DNA from: Octopus vulgaris
Lineage: Eukaryota
Direction: 5' to 3'
DNA length: 64,000 nucleotides
NCBI GenBank assembly: GCA_951406725.2
Contig: OX597830.1
Coordinates: 53,196,001 to 53,260,000, forward strand
Shown: positions 26,921 through 39,573 of the stretch, one piece after another
Layout: each line of letters opens with the position of its first letter
Numbering within the stretch: the stretch's first letter is position 1
The notes under the pieces: generated by a model
Seen by the model: the letters and a program-made list of their open reading frames with translations, nothing else
The model's database searches: none
Told to the model about the DNA's origin: nothing
Position numbers and translations under genes: made by a program

Positions 26921-28401
26921 CTGAAATCAAAGAAGAGATAAAGAAGAAAAACATCAGTCAAACTATCAGCAGATGGTGGGGGCTGGTTTTACTGACCCCT
27001 TCCAAGACAGCATACTAAATACTGCAGAGGATTTATAGGGTACAGCTTATACAGAGGATTTATAGGGTACAGCTTATACAGATACACACATGCAGATACT
27101 TTGAAGCAACAGAAACACCCAGTCTTCAGACTCATCATTTTGAAATATCAAGACTGCAAAAAAAAAAAGGATATATTAAGGCGAGAGTGATCAGATGGAA
27201 AAGGTCTAGGTGGTTTAGGGGCTAGGAAGAGGAGACGCTGAACAGAGGTGAATTTAAATTGTCAGCACAAAAGTCCTGAGTTCAAATGTCACAGCAAGTA
27301 TTTCGTTGCTGTTTTCACTAATGACAATTTTGTATTACTTTAGTGTCCTTCATCAAACTGATCTCTAACCAAAAGCAATTTTATCCATGGTTACTCTGTA
27401 CCTTTAGGGGTAATAGAATACATTTTTAATATGTCCTTTATTTAAGACAATATGGTTTGAGGGAGATTAGGTTGCAATTTCTAGCAGGCTTGTGGTCAGT
27501 GGAGTGGATCAGTAAACATGCTGTGTATTGTTCCATATGTAACTTATATTTCACCTCCTCTCTACTCAACCATATACTACACATATATTAATTCTATAGT
27601 TAGTTTATATAATGGGTGTGTCTATATTTGAACCATTTCTTATTTTTAATTCCTGTATTTATGGCTTGTACTAGCATTGTGTCATCGACAAGCTAAGTAA
27701 CAGTTTTTGCTTATAAATATTATTTGACTTTTGAATTATATTGGGTTTGATTATTATTGTTATTATTATTGTTGTTGAAATATTATTATTTTTATATATA
27801 TTGATAGTTATAAGTTATGATAGTTATTAATTATGATATCTATTTATTTAGAATGCTTTATCATTATTTTTATAAAGGGATTTAACGTATTATATATAAT
27901 TTAATTTGAGAATTAATTTTGTTAGACAATACATTATTTAATAATTAGGTGGTATATTTATCAAGTAGTATTACATTTAAGTAAATTAGCTTTTATATTG
28001 ATATTTTGGTCAACTATATTATTGAGTGATATATTAAATCTATAGATACTACATATATATTTATTATATAGATAGTTTATATAATGGGTGTGTCTATATT
28101 TGAACTAATTCTTATTTTTGATTCCAGTATTTATGGCTTGTACTAGCATTGTGTATATTAATTAATTTTAAGGTTTTTAGTATCAATTGCTTAATGGGTA
28201 TTAGACTGTATTTGGATGTTTATTAAATAAATATATTAATAATTTGATTTAATGTATATATAGTTTAAAGTGTTGTATTTAGTTATATTTTGTATCTTAT
28301 ATATATATATATATACATATATATATTATAAATATATTTGTATTTTAAAGGATTATTTACATATATTTATTAATTAATTATTTTATTATTGTAGTTATTT
28401 T

Positions 28402-28505
28402 TAATCTGATGAGTGGCTATATTTATATTGAAGTGATTTTACTACTACTACTAATATTTTTACTATAATCATTTATTAAATATAGCATCGAAACATGTGT
28501 CTTTA
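28402..28505 (+). ncRNA. Type I hammerhead ribozyme-like motif with long stem II
   Basis: CTGATGA (28406-28412); stem II gctatattta/taaatatagc; GAAA (28490-28493); CATGTG (near the palindrome CACGTG) then TC, giving a GUC cleavage triplet. Stem I is weak. Confidence 0.55.
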
Positions 28506-28653
28506 TTCTACCAAATATATACGTTTTATTTATTATTTTGCACATTACTTAATCATTGGTATATTTTTTATCGTATATTTAATATTTCTATTATATGTAA
28601 CTTTCTAGATGGCGTAATTAAATTTTTTTATTTTGAATTGATAAAAAGTGATT

Positions 28654-28694
<41 letters not shown>

Positions 28695-29186
28695 TGTGAT
28701 CACGTGACCGACCAGACCATCAGATGTTGTTACACATCGTGGTTACAATATATCGAATGATACTCCGCTGGCTAAGCGAGCAGGCCAACAGAAGAAAGAG
28801 TGGGAGAAATAGTGGTGAAAGATACAGCAGGGATATGGATAGGTGTTTTTGCTATAAACATATGGGAATCGAAACCGCGATCCTATACTAGGCCATTGCG
28901 CCTCCATATATATATATATCGCTTAATGTCCATCTTCTATGAGTGGTTTGACAGGAGTTGGCCAGGCAAAGACTGCACCCGACTTCTGTATCTGTTATGG
29001 CATGATTTTTATGGCTGGATGCTCTTCCTAACACCAACCTACCTGCCGAGTGGGCTGAGTGCTTTTTACATAGCACTAGCACAGGTGAGTTCAGTTTTAG
29101 CATGGTTTTTACAGCTGCATGCCCTTCCAGATGCCAGCCACTTTACAGTGTGAACTGAATGCTTTTTACATGGCACTAGCATTGGC

Positions 29187-29253
<67 letters not shown>

Positions 29254-32200
29254 AAACATATACATAAATACATGACTGACTCCTATCAGTTCCCATCTAC
29301 CAAATCCACTCACAAGGCTTTGGTTGAGCTGGGGCCATAATAGAAGACACTAGCCCAAGGTGCTATGCAGTATATCTAAACCTGAAATTATGTGTGTGGG
29401 AAGCAAAGTTCTTACAACACAGCTAAACCTGAGCCATTGTATACACATTATGTATATATATACACACATATATAGTGAGAAGGGGGAAGAAGAGGGAGGG
29501 AGAGAGAAGAGAAGGCAAAGTGAGAAGCATGTGCAGAGAGCCATGAAGAAAATGACTTACATTCCAGGTAAATTGACGATTAAAGAGTAATTAAATGATA
29601 AACTGTTATTGGTGCTAAATGATGCTGAACTGGGAGGGCAGATTTAGTGGACATGTAAGAGGATAGGATCAGCGAGGTTAAATAGAACATGAAGAACGAC
29701 AGAGACTAACCACTAACCAAGGATATAAATGGAAGGTGAGGAGAGGGATAGAAAAGGACAGGGGGGAGGGATGAAGAAGAGAGAGAAAGATTAAGAGGAA
29801 AGCAGAAAAGACCGAGACCATGGAGAGTGAGATGGGCTGAAAAGTGACACACATGTACACATACACATATATATGTATATACACACACACACATATATAT
29901 ATGTATATACACATACATGGAAAAGTGGACGTTAAAATGATGGTGATATACATATACAGATCTCTCTCTGTCTGTCTGTCTGTCTCTTTTTTATCACCAT
30001 AATCATCGTCATTTAGCATCCACTTTCCATGCTGGCATGGGTTGGATGGTTTGACTAAAACTGGTATGCCAGAGAGCTGTACCAGGTTCCTGTCTGATTT
30101 GGCTTGGTTTCTATAGCTGGATGTCCTTCCTAATGCCAACCACTCCAAGGGTGTGCTGGGTGCCCCATATGTGTCACTGGCATGGGTGCCTTTTACATGT
30201 CTCCGGTACTAGTAATGACTATGATATAAATTGACTTGATGAGCCATCTCAAGCACAACATATCGCCAAAGGTTTCAATCACTGGTTGGTTGGTTGGTTC
30301 GCAGGCAGGCAGGTTAGGTAGGTAGATATATATATATATAGATAGATAGATATAGCTGTGTGTGTGTGTGTGTGCAAATAGGGAGAGAGAGGGAGGAGGA
30401 GGGAAAGATTACGATACTAATATACATTTAGTGGTAATTGGACAGGTTTATGAAAAATAGCAGGAAAACTAAATTGGATTAAACGCAATATGTAATAGCA
30501 AAATAGAAAGAATAAAAGAAAAAAATTATGCTGCTGAATTGGAGATTATCTCGATTAGTTTAATAGCATTCTAAGTGATAATTAATCAATTAAGAATTAA
30601 CACATTTTTATTTAATGCTAAATAAATGCATTTACGAATAAATAAAAATATAAATAAAAGTTGGTCAGCAAAGTAAAAAATAAAATTATCATTATTAGAA
30701 AACGAATAATAAAATGGTAATGAGGAGATGAAAATAATACCAGCGTCAGTGGGACTGGGTAAGAGGATGATGATGGCAAGGCAGTTATAAAATGGTTACA
30801 GATGATAGAGTTGGCTTTTATTTGTAAGGATGCTGTAAAATAGAGGTATTAAGCATAGCTTGTGGACCAAAACCAACCTGCATCAATAATTTGATCTGGC
30901 CCCAGGCTCCATTTTATACAAATAAAAGAAAAAGATATGTTTTTAGTTTTTAAAATATTCTGTTAGAATGTGTTGAGAGTTGAAGCCTGACTGACTAGAG
31001 TTGTGATTAACACTGGTTCTGATTAGCCTAATAAGTTAACCATAGGGAGTCTTTTGTAATCACAACCAATAAAAAAGAAGCTTATGAATCCATATACTAA
31101 AATATATGATCTATTTTCCCTTTACTTTGTCTATACACATTTTGCAGTGGAAACAGCACAAGCTCTCTCTGAAACATTGGTCTTAAGAATTGTATCCATT
31201 CACTTGGACAATTTCTATCTCCATCCTCACTCTAAGGACTCTTAATTGGTCTGTATGCATGTGCACATATCATACACACTCAGACATCACATGGATAAAT
31301 TTTCTACATTCAAAACTTTGCTAACACTTCATATTCTTTCTTTTCTGTATTGCTAATGAGGTTGTAATAAGTTACATTGACTTCTTTATCCATTTACTTT
31401 GGCCTACACAGGGTTTTAGGAATAAATGTTTTGATTTGAACCCTGAAATCTAGTTTATGCTTCAATCCAGCCCACAAAGCCAAACAATTTTGATACTCCC
31501 TCTAAAGAATGTAGAATATGGGCATCCAGTTTGCTGCCTACATTCTTTATTGCATAGAATATTTTATAGTAATCCCTGCAGTTTCAATAAAATGAAGAAC
31601 AGATCAGGACAGTGGACTGGAAGAATTGTAAGAACACTGGGCAAAATACCTTGTGGTATTTGTTCCTGCTCTTTTATGTTCTGATCCCCCCAGGTAGGTG
31701 TGGCCAACTTGACAGTATTTAGCAGAAGCAAGAAGTTAACAGAGAAACTGATTTTGTTTTCTTCATTAAAATTCCATGGAAAACATAGCATTTATTAAAA
31801 CAATTACTGACCGAAGGGAGCAGAAAGGAAAGACGAGTCAAAGTAAGTCCTCAAGGAGACATTGCTTCATAGTTACTATTCACAGCTGTCATATCATTTC
31901 TCCCCCACCCCCCTCTCTCTCTCACCCCCCTCCACACACACACAAGTGTGCAAACATTTCTACAACAACAGCCTCTGATTTTGTGAACTAACAAAGTTTT
32001 GCATGGCCTCAGCACTCAATGCCACAGTACCCTTCTTCCTACATCCTTTACAAAGCACTTCATCCAATCTTTCTTCTCCAAGAGTTTCTACATGTTAGAA
32101 ATCTTTTGAATTGAAATGTATGATTCAACAGTGTAGACAACAGAAACACTGCATAATTAATGAGTTTTTCAACGATGTGCAGCACTGAAGCTTAATGCTT

Positions 32201-33692
32201 CTGCTGAACTAAATCCATGTAAGACAGTGGTCGTGTTGTTGCTAACAGAAGCACAAGACAAACGTTCTAATCTCCTGAAATATCAAATGCTCTGAAAGAA
32301 TCCTATTCTTCAATTCTGTCCCAAATAGTTTTCCTGCCATTCAGCATATGTATATCGACAAAGGGTGAATGGTCTTGTAGTTAAGGTATGCCTCTAATGA
32401 AACATGGCTTTGGAGTTCATTCTAGTGTTTTTTTTTTTGAACAAGACCTTATATTCTCTGTAGCCCTATTCACCAAACTGTTTAAGAGACAGTACCAGTA
32501 CTTCTGACAATGTGATAAACTGCAATTTTGTTCAGCTCTCAGCTACTAACATTACAGATACTGAGGTAGCAGCTCCAAGGAGCTTTTAAGGATCAGAGCT
32601 TAGCTCCAGGTTCATGGTATGAAACACAAGATACATTGCAAACTTAAAAAAACCCACCAGTCTACTGTTAGATAGAATTCAATATAACAAGGTACTAGTA
32701 CCTATTCCTTCCGGCCGACAACTACGTCAACTACAGCAATGTAGAATAAAATCAAAAATACTATATAACACTTTTATCAAAGTTGAACTCACTGGAATAT
32801 TTAGTTACAGCCCTTCATATTCTAAGTTCAAATCCTATGAAGGCCAAACTTGCTTTTCCTTCTGTGGTTCATAAAATAAAGCACCAGTCAAATACTGTAA
32901 TCAAACCATTTTTTATAATGCATTCTAGATGTAATGATATTATAAGCAGTAATGAAGACTCTACAAAGTCAGTGAACAGATTAATGGTGTACATAAACAG
33001 CAGCTTGTTACATTATCAAACAGGGGGACCTGCTTTATGGGATTATGTCTCTTGTGACAAGAGTGAAAACTACTCTCTCACCAGTCATCTTGAAATGCAA
33101 ATAGTAAAAATTTGCGTGAAATGAAGAAAAGCAAACTTCAATGTTCCCTCTGGTGGGAAATTAAAAAATTCACACTGAAAAATAAAAGAGGGAAAAAAAA
33201 GAACATTCAAGTTGGCAAATACTTTTATTTTCTATCCTGTATGACTGTTGACAGATTCCGTGAGAAAATAACAAACTGAAAGGAAAAACTGAAAAAAGAT
33301 CTTCCTAATCTGTGTAACTAACGCAAATGATATGCTAAAAAAATGTGGTCAGTCAGTACTTAGAAATTGCAAAAATGCTTTATATATTGACAAACATATT
33401 GTATGAATGTGTTTTATAAACATTGATCTATTCAATAACAACAAAACCAAACAGGGAACAAAGAAAATGAAATAAACTTTATTGTTAGCAATTTGTATAT
33501 TTGTCATAAAATAGACATAGGTGGGAACTGAAGTTTTACTGTGGCTAAAAAAAAAATGTTGATTTATACACTATTATACCATAAATTTGATACAGGGGAT
33601 CCATATAGGATCGATGCATATCATATTGAAGTACGCCACAATTATTGATTATTGGCTAGACAGAAATGATGTAAAACAGACAGTTAAGTAAT

Positions 33693-33729
<37 letters not shown>

Positions 33730-36700
33730 GACCTCTGGAAATATACTGTGCTGGAGAAGACTCGGCAAGCCTAAGTGTGACCATAACCTTGTAGCCTATG
33801 CTAGGGGTGTAACCAGTCCACTTATGCATGCCTTTTCTTCATTGGACACTAAACTCTGCTTGCGAAGACCAGTTGAGGCAAGTGAAATTGAAATCGAAAT
33901 CAAACTCGGTGACTGGCATCTGTTGCTAGTGGAGCGCTAAGAGTACCATACGAATGAGATCATTGCCAGAGCCACAAGCTGGCCTTCGTGCCGATGGCAC
34001 GTTAAACACACCATTCAAGCGTGATAGTTACCGCACATAAAAAGCATCATTTGGGCATGGCCATTGCCAGTACCACCAAACTGGCCCTCGTGCTGGTGGC
34101 ACGTAAAAGCACCCACTACACTCTTGGAGTGGTTGGCGTTAGGAAGGGCATCCAGCTGTAAAAACTCTGCCAGATCAGATTGGAGTCTGGTTCGCCAGAC
34201 CTCAGTCAAATCGTCCAACCCATGCTAGCATGGAAAGCAGACGTTAAATGATGATGATAATGATACACACACAGACATGTATGTGTATAAATATAACTTT
34301 CACCATGTAAAGGTTGACAGTGACTTCAAAGTTTTAGCTTGCTCCCCTTCAGACTGGTTTACTTTGGCATGCTCTTTTTTACAGTAGTTAGCACGATATG
34401 AGTAATAATAAGGTGTGGTGTAAGTAGACAGGTAAAGTAATGTTGGAAAAGGCAGAAAAAGGGTGAACAGGAGGAAAGTATTTACTTGCAGAGTGTGAGT
34501 TGTTAGATAAGTATGGTGAAGAAATCAGGGTCACAAGATGGGATCCTTTATACCAGGACACATTGAAACAGTCAAGGAAACAGTGACATTCCATGCCCAT
34601 CACCTTTTAATTTTTAAACCCATTGCTTTACAGTAAAGATGCACTGGATAATCACATGTTACATTCTAATATTTAGGGATATGTACAGATTTAGAGACTA
34701 AAGGCAATTTGCAGGCAGAATCGTAAGCACACCACCAATCCATTGCCTTCCTTTCAATGCCTTCTTTTTCTCTACCCCCACCTTAGGCACCAGCACCATC
34801 TCAATGCCCACCAGGGGCAGGTGTGGTAGCGCCCACTTTGAGAACTTATGCTTTAGAATATCTTCTAAGCGTTACCCACTATTCTTGTCTTTTTGGCCCT
34901 AAAGCCATATTTTGCTTGTCTGTTCGTCCTTGTCCACCATCCTAAATCACACTCTCTGTTGTCTTCATTTTGTTTGCTCTTGGCCCTGAATTCTCTGCAA
35001 AAAAAATTTTTTGCAGGCGCCGCCAATATGGGAAGCCCTCAGTCTTATTATTAGTGGTACAAAACTGAGTATTACCAACTGGTTGATAACTGATGAAAAA
35101 TTAGGGACCTTCTGTACTTGTCTCCCGCCCAGTTGTACCCTCAGTATACATTATGCTGTTTGTTTATATACCATACATTTTTCATTTATTATTTGTGTGT
35201 GTGTATATATATATGTATGTATGTATGTGTGTGTGTATGTGTGTGTGTGTGTGTATAAGAATCAAATGATTTTGGTAGTGTGCAGAATAATATATTAGTA
35301 AAAATAAAAAAGTTAGTCAGAAATGAAGAAATAGTTTCTTAGTTTATTTATATATGGATACAGAAAGTCTTCAAATTTTCCAATGAAACAAAACAAAAAA
35401 TAAAGTAGAATATTTACTTTCTATCTAGCACTTGAGAAAGCTTTATTTCATTCCACTTCATTTCCTTGGAAAATCTGAAGACTTTATATACTCATATGTA
35501 AATAAACTAAAGAACAATTCCTTCACTCTTGACAAATTATTACACACAGATATATGTGTGTGTATAAACTCACTGTTAAAAAAGTTGGGCGTGCGTGTGT
35601 ACTGTTACTTAATAAATGAAAAAATTGCATTGTAAATAAACAACAATACATAAAAAACGTATATGTACATTGAGGGTAAACTGGATGGGAGACAGGTGCA
35701 GAGGGTCCCTAATTCTTCATCAGTTATCAACCAAAATGGTAATACCATTCTAATTCATAATTAAATTACTTCTTATGTATGTATCGTCGTGGCATACCAG
35801 CAAATGGTTTTTACATTGAATCATAGACTGGTGATTCTGTTTGCTCCTGGTTCAATTTGAGCAGGTGATGTTGATAAACTACAAAAATAGAGAAATATCA
35901 GTAACCATTGCTCTTGAATGGGATTAGGGGTCAGGGTGGAGTTATCTTGCCTCTCAATGACTTTCAGGTGTTTTAACACTGAGTGCTTTGAGGGAGTCAT
36001 CCCCACTGTGCTAAACTGCAGGGTACTAGCAAATAGGCAAAACGCATAGGTTGAGTATGTACAGTCGATTATATATATATAAATATAATAATATTAGGGA
36101 GTATAACTCCAAACTTACAGGGAAAAATTCAATTTAGTATTAAATCAAATTTCACAGTATAAATATATAAAATATAAATTAGAGATAAAACCACTATTAT
36201 TCAGTGTCAAAACCATTTGCTGGTATGCCACGACGATACATATGTAAGAAGTAATTTAATTATGAATTAGAAGCAGTGCTTCTGGAAGTTGTGAGAAGAC
36301 CACATAGAATTGACATGCTACATTCTTCATCTCATATAAAATCTTCATTTTACATTAATAACTACAAAGTTTAACTACACAAAATAACAGTACATCTTAG
36401 AAATTCAGTAGATATTCCAAGATTTAGATGCGCAGTGTAAATAATAAATTTACGACCCTGTAATTACTAAGACTAATTTGATTGAGTTAATTACCGTTTT
36501 ATGATATATTTTATAAACAATAAGATACCATACTTTAGAATTTTTGTAGACATTCAAGGATTCCAGATGTGTAAATAAATAATAATCTGGGAGTCAATGA
36601 AGGAAACTGTAATTATTTTGATTAATTAAAATTACTTAATTACCATTTTCTAGCAGATTTTACACACAATAAAATACCAGAATTCAGAAATTTTACACAC

Positions 36701-37018
36701 ATTCGTGGATTCCCACATGTTTTCCCCTTTCAATGTGGTCCCTGCTGTTTTATAAAAGAGGATCATTGTTGATGTATGAATTTGACAAGTTTACCAAAAA
36801 AATTATTGCTTACCTTAATTTATTTATTTTTGTGCAGAACAAAATTAGATGTTCAAGAATTAAAAATTTTCCAAAGGCCCTAAATTATATTTTAAAAATC
36901 CGTGACGCACCTTGATACTTCCTTGCAACTAATCACTGGAGATAATATATACTAATTGGTTCTTTCTAAATTTGTTTCTTCGTTTTATTTTACCTGTATT
37001 ATTAATACAGGTAAAATA

Positions 37019-37050
<32 letters not shown>

Positions 37051-37433
37051 GATAATAATAAAAACCTACGTAACATTATATATTAATGATTTCATAACCT
37101 AAAAGAACTCGAGGTATATTTAGACAAACTTTAAAAGCAATCCATACTTTACATAAAACCCTTCACACAAAAATTACAATATCAATTGTCTGGTGTCATT
37201 GAAGTTAGTTTTTCTCAGCGAAATATAAACCTGATTTGTATGAGTCTTTCACAAGTTCTTCTTCCCATGACCATAGGACAGGGCAAGTTGTCAAGGTTAG
37301 CCTTGATCAAGCAAACGCCTATGAATAAAGGCGTTCCAGTTGTGGCCATTCTGTAATTTTGCAAATCAGGTACTACAAAATTGCTTGATGTATCTGTCTA
37401 GCTTTTTTTTTTTTTAATGATAGTAAGATGTGA

Positions 37434-38200
37434 AGATCTTTTCCTTTTGAACGGCAGTTTGTAACATAATTTCTAGGTAACTAAAAAGTTTTAAACTTCG
37501 TATACTGGTAGAATGTGTTTATAAAACATATTTTTCTCTTGGCTTTATTGAGAAAATTCTATAGGTTGTAACATATTTCGTCTTTAATTTCTTGCATTTC
37601 GGCAATTTTAACCAATCACTGGCATCCATTTAGGTAAATAACATTCTGTGCATAATGAATATGTCCCTCGTTTAAGAAACAGATTAGGTTTATTTACATT
37701 TGTGAAGAAAAAAATACCCTTCCCCCACCCCTAACCCTAACCCTAAATCTAAAATAGATTGAAATGCAATAGATCGATTATAATTATGGGTGACAATTTC
37801 ATACGACACTGCTATAAAAAACTTAGCGGTGTCGTATGAATTTGTCACCCATAATTATAACCCTAGTATCGATCTATTGCATTTCAATCTATTTTAGAGT
37901 TAGGGGTGGGGGAAGGGTATCTTTTTTCTTCACAAATTTAAATAAACCTAATCTGTTTCTTAAACGAGGGACATATTCATTATGCACAGAATGTTATTTA
38001 CCTAAATGGACACCAGTGATTGGTTAAAATTGCTGAAATGCTCGAAATTTCATTGAAATATCTTATAAACTATAGAATTTTCTCAATAAAGCCGAGAGAA
38101 AATGATGTTTTATAAACACATTCTACCAGTATACGAAGTTTAAAACTTTTTAGTTACCTAGAAATTATGTTACAAACTGCTGTTCAAAAGGAAAAGATCT
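37434..38200. mobile_element. Foldback / long-TIR non-autonomous DNA element, 767 bp
   Basis: The whole element is an imperfect palindrome (agatcttttccttttgaac ... gttcaaaaggaaaagatct) with a loop of about 9 nt near 37815-37823. 8-bp TSD agatgtga / ggatgtga. Confidence 0.9.
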
Positions 38201-38983
38201 GGATGTGATTTGATGATCTAGCTGCTATATGTAGCAAATCGAGCAATAGGCTGGAAGTTCTTCGTTGACCAAGATAGGCTTTCATCCATTATAAAATAAT
38301 GGTTTCTAATTTAGGCATCAAGGCCAACAATTTTGAGATATTGGTCCGTATCACCTTGTACTTGAGCAATTCCTTGCTTTACTGAATCCAAGGACAACTG
38401 GACTCAAAACACCATAGGATATTTTTCTGACGCTCTAACTATTCAGCCTGTTCACCTAATAATGATTTCAAATTTTGGCACAAGGCCAGCAATGTCAAGT
38501 GAGGGGTTAGGTCGATTATATCGACCCAGTACTTGACTGGTACTTATTTTGTCAATCCCAAAAGGATGAAAGGCAAAATCGGAAGTTAAACTTCAGCAGA
38601 AGTTAAACTCAGAACGTGAAGAAGAATGAAATGCCGCTAAGTATTTTGCCCGACGTGATGACGATTCTAACAAGGTTAATGTATGCAGGATGGCTAGTCA
38701 GAAAATGTTAAAAGAAAGGACAAAAAGCAATAAATCAAGTACAGAAAAGAAAGGCCGCGATGAATATGCATATACATATATATATATATATACACACATA
38801 TATTTTTTAATAATATATTATTATTAATATATGGAAATTAATATCCAAACTCATCATAAAGATATACCCGTGTGAAAGAAATTATTGTATTAAAAATATA
38901 TATAAATAAATAAATATAAAAATATAAATATAATGTATAAAATAAATTCGATAGTTTAAAAATTTTGAATTAATTATTTAAGC

Positions 38984-39073
38984 ATCTTGTGATTGTTTCG
39001 CAGAAGAGTTGTCCCTATAATGAAATCCTATATTGATAAGCATTTATAGACAACCCTTCTGCTCTTCAGAGAT
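38984..39073 (-). ncRNA. Hammerhead ribozyme-like motif with 14-bp stem II, decayed cleavage site
   Basis: Minus strand: atct-CTGAAGA-gcagaagggttgtc...gacaactcttctgc-GAAA-caatcaca-agat. Stems I and II are clear; stem III and the UH site are degenerate. Confidence 0.55.
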
Positions 39074-39141
39074 ATAAAATATGAATATTGAATAATATAT
39101 CGAATGATAGTCTTTTTTTAAAAATCATAGTTTTTTAAACT

Positions 39142-39229
<88 letters not shown>

Positions 39230-39230
39230 T

Positions 39231-39573
39231 GTGAAGGTGCATGGCTCAGTGGTTAGAGCGTCGAGCTTACGATCGTGATGTTGTGAGCTCGAATCCCGGA
39301 CCGGGCTGCGTGTTGTGTTCTTGAGCAAGGCACTTTATTTCACGTTGCTCCAGTTCACTCAGCTGTAGAAATGAGTTGCGACGTCACTGGTGCCAAGCTG
39401 TATCGACCTTTGTCTTTCCCTTGGATAACACTGGTGGCGTGGAGAGGGGAGGCTGGTATGCATGGGCAACTGCTGATCTTCCATAAAACAACCTTGCCCA
39501 GACTTGTGTCTAGGAGGGTAACTTTCTAGGTGCAATCCCATGGTCATTCATGACCGAAGGGGGTCTTTACCCT
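39231..39573 (+). repeat. Family E tRNA-derived SINE
   Basis: tggctcagtggttagagcg (A box) and gagctcgaatccc (B box). A second copy at 53577-53927 carries an internal tandem duplication. Both copies follow (TA)n runs. Confidence 0.85.

Noticed and set aside
37729-37746. Interstitial telomere or chromosome fusion site
   Set aside because: Only three hexamers, inside a transposon arm.
39236-39310. tRNA gene
   Set aside because: The A/B boxes belong to a SINE head that continues into a shared repeat body; no proper acceptor stem.
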